Origin: an uncultured Pseudomonadales bacterium
GTDB taxonomy: Bacteria > Pseudomonadota > Gammaproteobacteria > Pseudomonadales > Balneatricaceae
DNA: 64,000 nucleotides
Direction: 5' to 3'
Assembly (NCBI GenBank): GCA_963925635.1
Contig: CAWUTT010000004.1
Span: 6,133-70,132, forward strand
Shown here one piece after another: positions 52,807 to 62,732 of the stretch; position 1 is the stretch's first letter, and each line of letters begins with the position of its first letter. The notes under the pieces were generated by a model. It was not told the DNA's origin, did not search any database, and saw only the letters and a list, made by a program, of their open reading frames with translations. Both the position numbers and the translations under genes were made by a program.

Positions 52807-54303
52807 CTATTTAGCTTCAGGACGCATGTGTGGAAACAACAACACAACACGAATTGAAGGGGCATCGGTAAATAACATCACTAAACGGTCAATACCAATG
52901 CCTTCTCCTGCCGTAGGCGGCATACCGTACTCTAGGGCCGCAATGTAGTCTGCATCATAATGCATGGCTTCATCATCACCTGCATCTTTTTCGGCCACTT
53001 GGGCCAAGAAACGTTCGGCTTGATCTTCGGCATCATTAAGTTCTGAGAAACCGTTGGCAATCTCACGACCACCTACGAAAAACTCAAAACGATCAGTCAC
53101 AAACGGATCGAGGTCGTTACGGCGAGCTAAAGGAGACACTTCAGCGGGGTAGTGGGTAATAAAGGTGGGTTGATCCAAACGATCTTCAACCGTTTTTTCA
53201 AAGATTTCAATTTGCACTTTACCTAAACCATAGTATGGCTTAAGGGGGATGCCAAGACCTTCGGCAATCGCTCTGGCACCCGCCTCGTCGGCCAACTGCT
53301 CAGGTTTAATATCAGGGTTGTAATGTAAGATCGAATCAAATACCGAGATGCGTGTAAACGGCTGGGCGAAGTCATATTCACTGCCCTGATAGGTGACTGT
53401 GCTATTACCCAATACAGACTCAGCAATATGGCGCAACATGCCTTCTGTTAAGTCCATTAGGTCACGGTAATCCGCATAGGACCAGTAGAACTCCAACATG
53501 GTGAATTCTGGATTATGGCGCGTAGAAAGGCCTTCGTTACGGAAATTACGGTTAATTTCAAACACCCGCTCAAAACCGCCTACCACTAACCGCTTAAGGT
53601 AGAGTTCTGGCGCCACTCTTAGGTACATATCACGGTCTAAGGCATTGTGATGGGTGATGAACGGCCGCGCCGATGCACCACCAGGGATCACCTGCATCAT
53701 TGGGGTTTCTACTTCCATGAACTCACGGGAGATTAAATACTGGCGAATGGCTTCGACCACCCGCGTACGAATGATAAACGTGTTACGCGATTCTTCATTG
53801 ACAATAAGGTCGACGTAACGCTGGCGATAGCGCATTTCTTGGTCTGCAAGACCATGGTGCTTATCAGGTAGCGGACGTAAGGCTTTAGTTAGTAACTGAG
53901 GATCAGACATATCGACAAACAGATCACCCTTGCCAGATTTTTGTAAAATACCCGCTACACCTACAATATCACCTAGGTCCCAGGTCTTGATTTCGGCTAA
54001 CTGCTCAGGCGCCAAACCTTTGCGGTTGACATACAATTGGATACGGCCAGACACGTCTTGAATTTCCATAAACGCACCACGGTTGCGAATAATACGACCG
54101 GCAACTTTAACTGGCAGTGCCAAGGCTTCCAACTCAGGTTTATCTTTTTCACCATGGGCCTGCTGTAGGTCTTGGGCGTAGCTGTCACGGCGAAAATCAT
54201 TAGGAAAGGCATTGCCTGCTTCTCTGCGTTTGGCTAATTTAGCACGACGCTCAGCAATCAATTTGTTGTCGTCTTGCATTAAACTTTCGTTGATATCATT
54301 CAT
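52807..54303 (-). CDS. lysS: Lysine--tRNA ligase (class II)
   Basis: [39 protein letters not shown]; start moved to MNDINE. Confidence 0.96.
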   Translation of the reverse strand: MNDINESLMQDDNKLIAERRAKLAKRREAGNAFPNDFRRDSYAQDLQQAHGEKDKPELEALALPVKVAGRIIRNRGAFMEIQDVSGRIQLYVNRKGLAPEQLAEIKTWDLGDIVGVAGILQKSGKGDLFVDMSDPQLLTKALRPLPDKHHGLADQEMRYRQRYVDLIVNEESRNTFIIRTRVVEAIRQYLISREFMEVETPMMQVIPGGASARPFITHHNALDRDMYLRVAPELYLKRLVVGGFERVFEINRNFRNEGLSTRHNPEFTMLEFYWSYADYRDLMDLTEGMLRHIAESVLGNSTVTYQGSEYDFAQPFTRISVFDSILHYNPDIKPEQLADEAGARAIAEGLGIPLKPYYGLGKVQIEIFEKTVEDRLDQPTFITHYPAEVSPLARRNDLDPFVTDRFEFFVGGREIANGFSELNDAEDQAERFLAQVAEKDAGDDEAMHYDADYIAALEYGMPPTAGEGIGIDRLVMLFTDAPSIRVVLLFPHMRPEAK

Positions 54304-54361
54304 AGGTCTAGGTTCTATCATTGGGTAATGTTGTTTTACTGGGCGGTTAATTGGGTGACCT

Positions 54362-55460
54362 TTAAAAACCAGCTTTTAAGCTGGCCACAATAAACTGGTC
54401 TAAATCACCATCCAATACTTTATCACAACCGCCGGTTTGTACGTTGGTCCGTAGGTCTTTAATGCGCTGATCATCGAGTACATAGGAGCAAATCTGGCTG
54501 CCCCACCCAATGTCAGATTTAGTGTCTTCTAGCGCTTGAGAGGCTTCTTGGCGCTTAAGCATCTCTTGCTCGTACAACTTGGCACGTAACTGTTTCATGG
54601 CTGAATCACGGTTTTGATGCTGCGAACGCTGATTCTGACACTGCACCACAATGCCCGAAGGCGCGTGGGTTAAGCGCACAGCAGAATCAGTTTTGTTGAC
54701 ATGCTGGCCACCCGCGCCACTGGCCCGGTAAGTGTCTACCCGCAAGTCTGCAGGATTGATCTCGATATCAATATTGTCATCAATTTCTGGCGATACAAAC
54801 ACCGATGCAAATGAAGTGTGACGGCGACTACTCGAGTCAAACGGAGACTTGCGCACTAAGCGATGCACGCCTGTTTCTGTGCGCAACCAGCCAAAGGCAT
54901 AGTCCCCTTCAAAGCGGATAGTGGCGCTTTTAATGCCGGCAACGTCACCATCACTCACTTCCATGAGTTCTACTTTGAAGCCTTTCTGTTCGCCCCAACG
55001 CAGGTACATACGTAAAATAATACTGGCCCAATCCTGAGCTTCGGTGCCACCGGATCCCGATTGAATATCTAAGAAGGCTGCATTTGCGTCCATTTCCCCA
55101 GAGAACATGCGCCTAAACTCAAGCTTTTCTAAGCTGGCGGTTAAGGCATCCAGCTCCGGCTGCACTTCATTGAGGGTATCTTGGTCGTTTTCTTCAACCG
55201 CCAGATCAAGTAACTCACGGGCGTCTACTAAGCCTGAGTCCATAGTGTCGATGGTATTCACCACGCCCTCAAGCAAAGAGCGCTCCTTACCTAAGGCCTG
55301 AGCTCGGTCAGCATCATTCCATACATCAGGTTGTTCAAGCTCACGTTCTACTTCAACTAAACGTTCTTGTTTGCCAACATAGTCAAAGATACCCCCTAAG
55401 CACATGGGTGCGCTCAGCTAGGTCTTTCATGGCTTGGATGTAGGGATTGATTTCAAACAT
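54362..55460 (-). CDS. prfB: Peptide chain release factor 2, +1 programmed frameshift
   Basis: ATG 55460 gives MFEINP...LRGYL then TGA. The slippery CTT-TGA-C and internal SD AGGGGG are present; SPF and GGQ motifs lie in the shifted frame. Confidence 0.97.
55382..55397 (-). other. prfB frameshift cassette AGGGGG-TAT-CTT-TGA-C
   Basis: Read directly on the minus strand. Confidence 0.95.
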
Positions 55461-55601
55461 TATGGCATCACCAGCAAAGCAGGCGCTCTAGTTAGTACAA
55501 ATTTATGGCGGCATTATACCCGATAGTGGTGATTTTTGGCACCGTTTCCCCATCACTTTATAGGCGTCTTTATTAGCAACTTTAATGACCACTGCTCAAA
55601 A

Positions 55602-55697
55602 TCATTGGTTTTTAGGTAGCCATCGGCTGACTATCAAAAAAATGTATTTATTTGGTGGATTTATGTCGCGCAAAAAGTATTTGTGAGACCAAGACAT
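55602..55697 (-). CDS. Candidate 31-aa small protein
   Basis: AAGGAG 5 nt before ATG; MSWSHKYFLRDINPPNKYIFLIVSRWLPKNQ-TGA; no recognised homology. Confidence 0.3.
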   Translation of the reverse strand: MSWSHKYFLRDINPPNKYIFLIVSRWLPKNQ

Positions 55698-55793
55698 TGG
55701 CACTCCTTTGCTCCTAAGAAGCTACCCATCTGCAATACCATGACGCACAATCATGCAAGATTAAAGGCCGCCAGAGAAGCTAACTGGCATAAA

Positions 55794-56207
55794 CTAATTA
55801 AGCTGAGGGAACTCAATTTTTGGACAGCGGTCCATCACCACAGTAATGCCAGCAGCCCTTGCCTTGGTGGCCGCATCTGCATGGTAAATGCCTAACTGCA
55901 TCCACATCACCTTAGCGCCAATAGCAATGACCTCATCAGCCAAATCTGGCATGGCTTCACTGGCACGAAAACAATCCACCATATCCACATGCATGGGAAT
56001 AGCCGCAAGGTTTGGGTAGCAGGTTAAACCTAAGATGGTCTGATGCTGAGGGTGTACCGGAATAATATGGTAGCCCTGCTGTTGCAGGTACACAGCCACT
56101 TGATGACTGGCACGGTGAGGCTTGGGGGACAAGCCTACCACCGCAATGGTTTTTACCTGATCACGAATGTGTTTAATATCATTATTGGTTAAGCCGTCAA
56201 TAGCCAT
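55794..56207 (-). CDS. CoA-binding protein (YccU-like)
   Basis: IAVVGLSPKPHRAS, VDCFR, WMQLG, MDRC. Confidence 0.9.
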   Translation of the reverse strand: MAIDGLTNNDIKHIRDQVKTIAVVGLSPKPHRASHQVAVYLQQQGYHIIPVHPQHQTILGLTCYPNLAAIPMHVDMVDCFRASEAMPDLADEVIAIGAKVMWMQLGIYHADAATKARAAGITVVMDRCPKIEFPQLN

Positions 56208-56210
56208 ACA

Positions 56211-56567
56211 TTATTCACCTATATAAACACAACCAGAGGTGCAGGTTTCTTTCAACTCTAAGCGTGCAAGCTGGGGCAGTAGTGGTTTCAGCTGTTGCCA
56301 AATCCATTGCACCATGACTTCGCTAGTCGGGTTCTCTAAGCCTTTAATGTCATTTAAGTAGTTATGATCTAACTGTTCATAAAGGGGTTTAAAAATCTGC
56401 TTAATATCGCCAAAATCCATAATCCAACCCGTTGTTTCACCTACAGGGCCCGTCACCACAATGCGTAACTGAAAGGTATGGCCATGCAAACGACCACACT
56501 TATGCCCTGCGGGAACGTTAGGTAAAAAGTGCGCTGAATCAAAGCTGAAGTCTTTGTATATTTCCAT
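56211..56567 (-). CDS. queD: 6-carboxytetrahydropterin synthase
   Basis: [28 protein letters not shown]; start moved to MEIYKD. Confidence 0.96.
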   Translation of the reverse strand: MEIYKDFSFDSAHFLPNVPAGHKCGRLHGHTFQLRIVVTGPVGETTGWIMDFGDIKQIFKPLYEQLDHNYLNDIKGLENPTSEVMVQWIWQQLKPLLPQLARLELKETCTSGCVYIGE

Positions 56568-57217
56568 TAACGGATGCCTGTAATTTTGTGGGTTTGCAAA
56601 CTCAAACGCCATTGAGGGTGGCGCAAGCAATAATCAACCGTTTGTTGCACATAGTTATCGTCATCATTCGACGTGGCTATGTAAGACTTATCTAAAGGCT
56701 GCAGGTAATAATGTTCAAATTCAAAATCAATAAATTGTTCTGGCATCGCCTGGCGCTGTGGGTACACCAGCTTAAGTTCGTGACCCGTGGTTTGCACAAC
56801 TTTAGAGCTGCCTTTAGGGCTTACGCAAATCCAGTCAATGGTCGCAGGTACGGGTATGGTGCCATTAGTTTCTATGGCGATTTCAAAACCTTGGTCATGT
56901 AACTCGTGCACCAAAGCTTGATCTACCTGCAACATCGGCTCACCCCCCGTGAGCACCACAAGGGGCTGACCCGGCATACCTTCTGGCCAACAGCTGGTAA
57001 TTAACTGAGCCAACTCTTGGGCCACGTAACGGCCGCCTAAAGTACCATCGACACCCACAAAGTCAGTGTCGCAAAAATCACAGATGCTAGCACCACGGCG
57101 CGCTTCACTGCCAGTCCACAGATTACAGCCTGCAAAACGACAAAATACCGCAGGCCGCCCTGCTTGTCGGCCTTCGCCTTGTAGAGTATAAAAAATTTCT
57201 TTAACAGAATACAACAT
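56567..57217 (-). CDS. queE: 7-carboxy-7-deazaguanine synthase (CX14CX2C type)
   Basis: [43 protein letters not shown]. Confidence 0.95.
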   Translation of the reverse strand: MLYSVKEIFYTLQGEGRQAGRPAVFCRFAGCNLWTGSEARRGASICDFCDTDFVGVDGTLGGRYVAQELAQLITSCWPEGMPGQPLVVLTGGEPMLQVDQALVHELHDQGFEIAIETNGTIPVPATIDWICVSPKGSSKVVQTTGHELKLVYPQRQAMPEQFIDFEFEHYYLQPLDKSYIATSNDDDNYVQQTVDYCLRHPQWRLSLQTHKITGIR

Positions 57218-57882
57218 TAGAGTGACACGTAGGGTACTGGGTCGGTAAGACCCGCTTGAGAAAAGGCATCTAAGCGCTCAACACATGAACCACATTGACC
57301 ACAGGCTTTTTGTTGGCCCAAATAACAAGTCCAAGTCTGCCGATAATCTAAACCCATGGCCAAGCCAGCTTGCAGAATGGCCAATTTACTGGCGTGTAAA
57401 AAGGGGCTGATAATCTGCACGTCATCATAGTTAGCAATAGCAGATACCACATTCATGGCGTCAACAAATTCAGGGCGGCAGTCGGGATAAATATCATGGT
57501 CACCCGCGTGGGCCCCATAAAACACTTGGGTCGATCCCAAAGATACCGCGTAACCAATAGCCATGGATAATAAAATCATGTTGCGGTTAGGCACCACCGT
57601 AGACTTCATATTATCTTCTTCGTACTCTCCCGTGGGAAGGTCTATGTCGGTAGAAGTTAGTGATGAGCCTTGCAGCAATTGGTTGATCGCGGTGATGTCG
57701 ACTAACTTATGCGACACTCCTAAATCTGCACACACCCTAACTGCCACATCAAGCTCTTTACTATGGCGCTGACCATAGTTAAACGACACCGCATGCACCT
57801 CATAACCCTGCTCTAAAGCAAGGTGTAATACGGTGTAAGAGTCCATTCCACCGGAATAGATAACAACTGCTTTTGGTTTCAT
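57217..57882 (-). CDS. queC: 7-cyano-7-deazaguanine synthase
   Basis: [21 protein letters not shown]...CGQCGSC; start moved to MKPKA. Confidence 0.95.
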   Translation of the reverse strand: MKPKAVVIYSGGMDSYTVLHLALEQGYEVHAVSFNYGQRHSKELDVAVRVCADLGVSHKLVDITAINQLLQGSSLTSTDIDLPTGEYEEDNMKSTVVPNRNMILLSMAIGYAVSLGSTQVFYGAHAGDHDIYPDCRPEFVDAMNVVSAIANYDDVQIISPFLHASKLAILQAGLAMGLDYRQTWTCYLGQQKACGQCGSCVERLDAFSQAGLTDPVPYVSL

Positions 57883-57941
57883 GTGGCGGCTAATCTGCAA
57901 TACAAATAATTAAGCCGCGCAGTATACCTTATGCGTCGTGT

Positions 57942-58808
57942 TTACGCACTTTTCGCTAGCTTAACTTGAACCAAAGCCTGCAAAATGGCTTGCACCCATT
58001 GGGGCCGATTTAAAGTATATAAATGTACCTGATTAAGCCCCTGCTCAGCTAGCTGCTCAATCTGCTTGAGGGCAATTTCAATTGCTAACTGAAACTGATC
58101 GTTGGAATCACTGAAACGATCAAATTGGGTCACAATAGTCTTTGGCACACTCGCACCACAACGCGCAGAAAAGCGTTGGATGGCTGCAATATCGTGAATC
58201 GGCATCACCCCCACCACCATCGGCACATCGATGGCAAGCCCACGGACTCGGTCAGCAAACCTAAACAAAGTCTCAGTGTCATAGCAGTACTGGGTCATAA
58301 TTTGACTCGCTCCAGCAGCCACCTTTGACGCTAAATGCCCTAGGTCTGCATGTCCACTGCTAGCCTCAGGATGAGTCTCGGGATAAGCTGCTACAGAAAT
58401 AGTACCCTCAAACCAATGCCGCAGGCCTGCAACTAGATCAGCACCATAAGCATAGCCTTGTGGGTGCGGAATGAATGGACCATGTGGGCTATCTCCTCGC
58501 AAGGCGACAAGATGATTTACCCCGGCACTAGCAAAGGCTTGAGCGGCCTGATTAACTTCCATGGCACTGGCTCCCACTGCAGTAATATGAGCAGCGGCAA
58601 TTTGACCTCGCTGCTGCAGGCGCTGAATAGCGCTAAAACTCTCCGCTTGGCTCGACCCCCCTGCGCCATAGGTCATGGAACAAAACTCAGGCTGCCAAGG
58701 GGCCAGTGTCGCAAGGCAGGTATCTAGGGCCAGACTGCTGACATTGGATTTAGGGGGGAAAAACTCAAACGAATAGCGACCACTCAAAACATGCTCCCGC
58801 GTTAACAT
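57942..58808 (-). CDS. metF: Methylenetetrahydrofolate reductase (divergent)
   Basis: SFEFFPPK, TYGAGGS, ALRGD, AAYPETHPE, HLYTLNR. Confidence 0.88.
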   Translation of the reverse strand: MLTREHVLSGRYSFEFFPPKSNVSSLALDTCLATLAPWQPEFCSMTYGAGGSSQAESFSAIQRLQQRGQIAAAHITAVGASAMEVNQAAQAFASAGVNHLVALRGDSPHGPFIPHPQGYAYGADLVAGLRHWFEGTISVAAYPETHPEASSGHADLGHLASKVAAGASQIMTQYCYDTETLFRFADRVRGLAIDVPMVVGVMPIHDIAAIQRFSARCGASVPKTIVTQFDRFSDSNDQFQLAIEIALKQIEQLAEQGLNQVHLYTLNRPQWVQAILQALVQVKLAKSA

Positions 58809-58876
58809 AACAAATTAAAGGAACGCTATTATGTCAGCTTGGCTGAGATGTCTGGGTGAAAGCTTGACCTCAAAGA

Positions 58877-58889
58877 TGAATGTTATTCA
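58877..58889. promoter_or_regulatory. Possible MetR box upstream of metF
   Basis: TGAA-TGTTA-TTCA fits TGAA-N5-TTCA. Confidence 0.45.
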
Positions 58890-58912
58890 AGTTATTGCGA
58901 CTTAACGCAGGC

Positions 58913-59707
58913 TTACAAAGCCATCGATAATACCAGCAGCGCCAGCAACTCAGCCACTTCAATAGTTGCGCCAGCTGTGTCGCCAGTCCAGCCATCGATT
59001 CTCTGCATCATCAAACGACGCATTAGGTAATAGCCAAGGGCAAGGGTGAGTAACAGTGCCAATGATAAGCCAAAATTCTGATATAGCATGAATAAAACTA
59101 ATAAACAGCATAACAACCAAACCCATTTTTCCTGCGCTTGATTCTTAACTTCAGTGCCCAAGCCCTGAGCCCTAACATAGGGGGTGTGAACCACTAGCAG
59201 CATCACCTGCAAACGCGCCAACACGGGCACTAGCGCCAGCACCAGCCAGCCCCAAGACGGTGTTGTTTGAAGCTGTGCAAGCACCTCACTTAAGGCCAGC
59301 CACTTGAGCAATAATACCAGCACTAAAACCACCACTGCAGATGGGCCACAGGTCGGATCTTTCATCAAATCAAGGGTCCGTTGCTTATCACCAAAACCAC
59401 CCAACCAAGCATCGGCACTATCAGCCAAGCCATCCAAATGTAGCCCACCCGTTACCCATACCCAAAACACCAGCACCAAAGCTGCCTGCATTTGTGCACT
59501 CACGTTCACTTCAAACCAGCCAAGCATGACTGGCAACACCATGAGCCCCAACCCAATAACACCGCCGACAACGGGATAGTAGAGCAGCGCCTTACCTGCC
59601 ACTTGTGGTGATGGCATGGTATTAGCGATAGCAAATAGGCGGTGAACAGGTAAACGAGTTAAGAATTGAAAAGCCAGAATTAACGCATGAAAGTGTTGTT
59701 TGATCAT
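58913..59707 (-). CDS. cobS: Adenosylcobinamide-GDP ribazoletransferase
   Basis: FLTRLP, TGGLHLDGLADSAD, MKDP, GWTGDTAGA. Confidence 0.94.
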   Translation of the reverse strand: MIKQHFHALILAFQFLTRLPVHRLFAIANTMPSPQVAGKALLYYPVVGGVIGLGLMVLPVMLGWFEVNVSAQMQAALVLVFWVWVTGGLHLDGLADSADAWLGGFGDKQRTLDLMKDPTCGPSAVVVLVLVLLLKWLALSEVLAQLQTTPSWGWLVLALVPVLARLQVMLLVVHTPYVRAQGLGTEVKNQAQEKWVWLLCCLLVLFMLYQNFGLSLALLLTLALGYYLMRRLMMQRIDGWTGDTAGATIEVAELLALLVLSMAL

Positions 59708-60324
59708 GAGTCAAAGTCCTGTTTGGCGGCAAAATCTAGGCTGATGTGATAATCGGGCTGCCCTGACTCACCTACAAAACTAGCCACGTTTAAACACACC
59801 ACACCACCATAGGGCACCTCCAAATTAAACAACGCCCGTGGTTGCATTTGTAACAGCACGCTGAGTATGGCTCTAATAACACCCCCATGGGTGACCATAA
59901 GTAAATGCTTACAATCTCGCGCCAAAGCCTGCTGTAAGTGTTCGTGCAGCGACGCCATGGCTCGGCTTTGCACTTGGGTAACCGACTCTCCATTGGGCGC
60001 AGAGGCCTGCATTGGGTTATCCCAAAAGGCTTTGACTTGCTCGGCATGGGTGCGCCAAACTTCACTACGCAACTGCCCATCCCAGTCACCAAAAGACATC
60101 TCTTGTAAGCGCGCATCCAACAATTCGGGCAGATCATGCATCGCAGAAAAAGCGGCACAGCGCTGTAAGTCAGAACTCACTAGGTAGTCCACCGGCACGG
60201 CAAAACCAAGACTAGCCTTGTGCATCTGCTGCAACCCCTCATCGGTGAGTGCAACGTCCGTATGGCCCCGATATATATCGCCTCCTTGGGTCATGCCATG
60301 GCGTAACAAACTCACTCGCATCAT
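59704..60324 (-). CDS. cobC: Alpha-ribazole phosphatase (histidine phosphatase)
   Basis: RHG, SSDLQRC, EMSFGDWDG, THGG; lies between cobT and cobS. Confidence 0.82.
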   Translation of the reverse strand: MMRVSLLRHGMTQGGDIYRGHTDVALTDEGLQQMHKASLGFAVPVDYLVSSDLQRCAAFSAMHDLPELLDARLQEMSFGDWDGQLRSEVWRTHAEQVKAFWDNPMQASAPNGESVTQVQSRAMASLHEHLQQALARDCKHLLMVTHGGVIRAILSVLLQMQPRALFNLEVPYGGVVCLNVASFVGESGQPDYHISLDFAAKQDFDS

Positions 60325-60335
60325 GCAAACCCTAT

Positions 60336-61391
60336 CTAGGTGGTTTTTTCAGAAACCGAAGCTTCTGCAAAGGTCGCCATTTCATTATGGGTGGCACAAG
60401 CGCTTTTAAGAATAGACAAAGCCACCCCAGCGCCACTACCTTCGCCTAAACGCATACCCAGATCAAGTATGGTGTCGGCACCCAGTGCCGTCATCATGGT
60501 TTGATGGCCTGGCTCAGCAGAGGCGTGGGCAAAGAACATCCATTGGGTTATTTGCGGCTGCATCTTAGTCGCCAAAATAGCCGCCGAAGTGGTAATGAAC
60601 CCATCTACCAAAATAGTGATACCCAATTGCGCTGCACGAATGTAAGCGCCCACTAACGCAGCAATTTCTAAGCCACCGACATGGCGCAAGGCCTCTAATG
60701 GGGTGGTCATAGCAGCCTCATGTTTGGCCAACGCGGCCTCTATCACCCGACCTTTACGACCCACCCCTTGGGCATCTAGACCAGTGCCGGGGCCCACTAA
60801 ACTAGCCACACTCTGACCCGTAGCCCATGCAGCTAATGCGGTAGCGGAGCTGGTATTAGCAATACCCATGTCACCACCAATGAAAACAGCAGCCTTATTA
60901 GCTGCGGCACGATCTACTGCAGCCTTGCCGGCAGCCATCGCATGGGAAAGTTGCTCTAGAGTCATGGCAGGTTGTTGAGAGAAATTAGCAGTGCCCGGCA
61001 TAATGGTGTTATCAACCACATTTTTCATGGTCGATAGATGCACTACGGTGCCCAAGTTCACGACCTCAAACTGGGCATTATTTTGTCGTGCTAAAGCACA
61101 TATTGCAGCTCCACCACGGGAAAAATTCTTTACCATTTCTGCGGTCACTACCTGTGGAAAAGCCGAAACCCCCTCTGCTGCAATGCCATGATCACCCGCA
61201 AAAACCACAACTTGAGCATGATCAACATTGGGTTTTTCTAACCCCTGCATAGCGCACAAGCGCACTGCCATGGCTTCTAAACCCCCTAAAGATCCAGGTG
61301 GTTTGGTCAACTGTCCTTGGCGCTCCATACCCTGTTGCTTGGCCTTGTTATTAAGTGCTGCTAACGGGTGATTAATCCACTCAAAAGTCAT
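60336..61391 (-). CDS. cobT: Nicotinate-nucleotide--DMB phosphoribosyltransferase
   Basis: LTKPPGSLG, FAGDHG, GGLEIA, MRLGEGSGA. Confidence 0.95.
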   Translation of the reverse strand: MTFEWINHPLAALNNKAKQQGMERQGQLTKPPGSLGGLEAMAVRLCAMQGLEKPNVDHAQVVVFAGDHGIAAEGVSAFPQVVTAEMVKNFSRGGAAICALARQNNAQFEVVNLGTVVHLSTMKNVVDNTIMPGTANFSQQPAMTLEQLSHAMAAGKAAVDRAAANKAAVFIGGDMGIANTSSATALAAWATGQSVASLVGPGTGLDAQGVGRKGRVIEAALAKHEAAMTTPLEALRHVGGLEIAALVGAYIRAAQLGITILVDGFITTSAAILATKMQPQITQWMFFAHASAEPGHQTMMTALGADTILDLGMRLGEGSGAGVALSILKSACATHNEMATFAEASVSEKTT

Positions 61392-61422
61392 AATTGTGCA
61401 TACTTCCAGTTAATGTGTCGGT

Positions 61423-61962
61423 TTATTTTTTTAAATTTAAGGGTAATCCTGCTACAGCTAAAGTCACCACATCGCATACCTGCGCTAAGCGCTGATTCAT
61501 GAGCCCTGAATAGTCCTGAAATTGACGGCTCAAGGCCCCCATGGGTACGATACCAGAACCGACTTCGTTGCTCACTAAGATAAGCTGATGCTGGGTGCGC
61601 TCTACCTGACCGATGAGTTGCTCCAACAAGGTATCAACATCAGCAGCCTCCCTGCACAAGTGATTGCTAAGCCATAAGGTTAAGCAATCCACCAGCACAC
61701 AACACGGGGCCTGGTCTAAGTCTAATAGGGTCTGACTCAGCGCTAGTGGTTCTTCGACTAAGCGCCAGTGATGAGGTCTTCGTTGCTGATGCAAAGCCAC
61801 ACGCTGAGCCATGCTACCTGGCTCATCACTAGAAGTGACTTCAGCGGTCGCCACATAAATGACGTCTAAACCACTGTTGATAGCCGCTTGTTCGGCTAGG
61901 CCACTTTTTCCTGATCGAGCGCCACCTAAAAATAACTGTCGCACTGGGGCTTGAGACGTCAT
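61423..61962 (-). CDS. cobU: Adenosylcobinamide kinase/guanylyltransferase
   Basis: GGARSGKS, YVATA, VDCLTLW, VSNEVG. Confidence 0.94.
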   Translation of the reverse strand: MTSQAPVRQLFLGGARSGKSGLAEQAAINSGLDVIYVATAEVTSSDEPGSMAQRVALHQQRRPHHWRLVEEPLALSQTLLDLDQAPCCVLVDCLTLWLSNHLCREAADVDTLLEQLIGQVERTQHQLILVSNEVGSGIVPMGALSRQFQDYSGLMNQRLAQVCDVVTLAVAGLPLNLKK

Positions 61963-62120
61963 AAGGAGTATCCGTAAAGCGTGTGTTACTTATTGGTGCA
62001 TCAGTTTATCGCGATCTTATGCCTATGAATACTCAAAAGCGACCCGATTAAATCAATCTTAGAAGATACCCCTTGTCGGGTATTGGCCCTATGGGTAAAC
62101 TTGCGCAACTATTGAGGAGA

Positions 62121-62732
62121 ATGATTATCAAAAAACCTGTGAGCAACGAAAAGCACCAACAACGTATGGTTAAGGTGAAACAGCAAATAGACAAAAAAAT
62201 TGCTAACGCCGACAAAGAACAAGGCGTGTCTGTGTTACTTACTGGCAATGGTAAAGGCAAAAGCAGCTCTGCCTTTGGCATGCTGGCTCGCAGCCTAGGC
62301 TACGGCCACAATTGTGCCGTGGTGCAGTTTATTAAGGGCGACTGGGAATGTGGTGAAGAGCTCTTTTTCAGCCAACTGCCGCTTGTCTCTTATCACGCTA
62401 TGGGCGCAGGATTTACTTGGGAAACACAAAACCAAGCGGCCGATAAAGCTGCGGCTGAAAAAGCATGGGCACTGGCGGCCTCTCTGTTAGCCGACCCTAA
62501 CATCGATTTTTTAATTTTGGATGAACTTACCTATATGTTTAACCACGGTTGGTTAGACCTAGACAAGGTTGCGCAAGCGATTAGCGAGCGCCCTGCTGAC
62601 ATGAACTTGGTGATTACTGGCCGCGGTGCGCCAGAGGGTCTGATGGCCGTATGTGACACAGTAAGTGAAGTGAAAGACGTTAAACATGCGTTTAGAAATG
62701 GCATTAAAGCCCAGCGCGGCATTGAATTCTAA
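62121..62732 (+). CDS. cobO: Cob(I)alamin adenosyltransferase (CobO/BtuR)
   Basis: TGNGKGKSS, QFIKG, GFTWETQ, LDEL, ITGR; start uncertain (62121 ATG or 62139 GTG). Confidence 0.93.
   Translation: MIIKKPVSNEKHQQRMVKVKQQIDKKIANADKEQGVSVLLTGNGKGKSSSAFGMLARSLGYGHNCAVVQFIKGDWECGEELFFSQLPLVSYHAMGAGFTWETQNQAADKAAAEKAWALAASLLADPNIDFLILDELTYMFNHGWLDLDKVAQAISERPADMNLVITGRGAPEGLMAVCDTVSEVKDVKHAFRNGIKAQRGIEF

Noticed and set aside
54362-55405. prfB as a pseudogene or as a 347-aa ORF
   Set aside because: It is explained by the canonical programmed frameshift.
55698-55712. Sigma54 promoter TGGCAC...TTGC
   Set aside because: GG-to-GC spacing is 9 nt rather than the required 10.
57883-57941. preQ1 riboswitch before queC
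   Set aside because: No preQ1 hairpin or A-rich tail; it looks like a plain TATACT promoter with a GC-rich discriminator.
58809-58912. SAM/SAH riboswitch before metF
   Set aside because: No recognisable SAM-I/II/V or SAH consensus; protein-operator-like boxes fit better.
61963-62120. Cobalamin riboswitch between cobU and cobO
   Set aside because: The region is short and lacks the GGGAA and GCCACTG B12-box elements.
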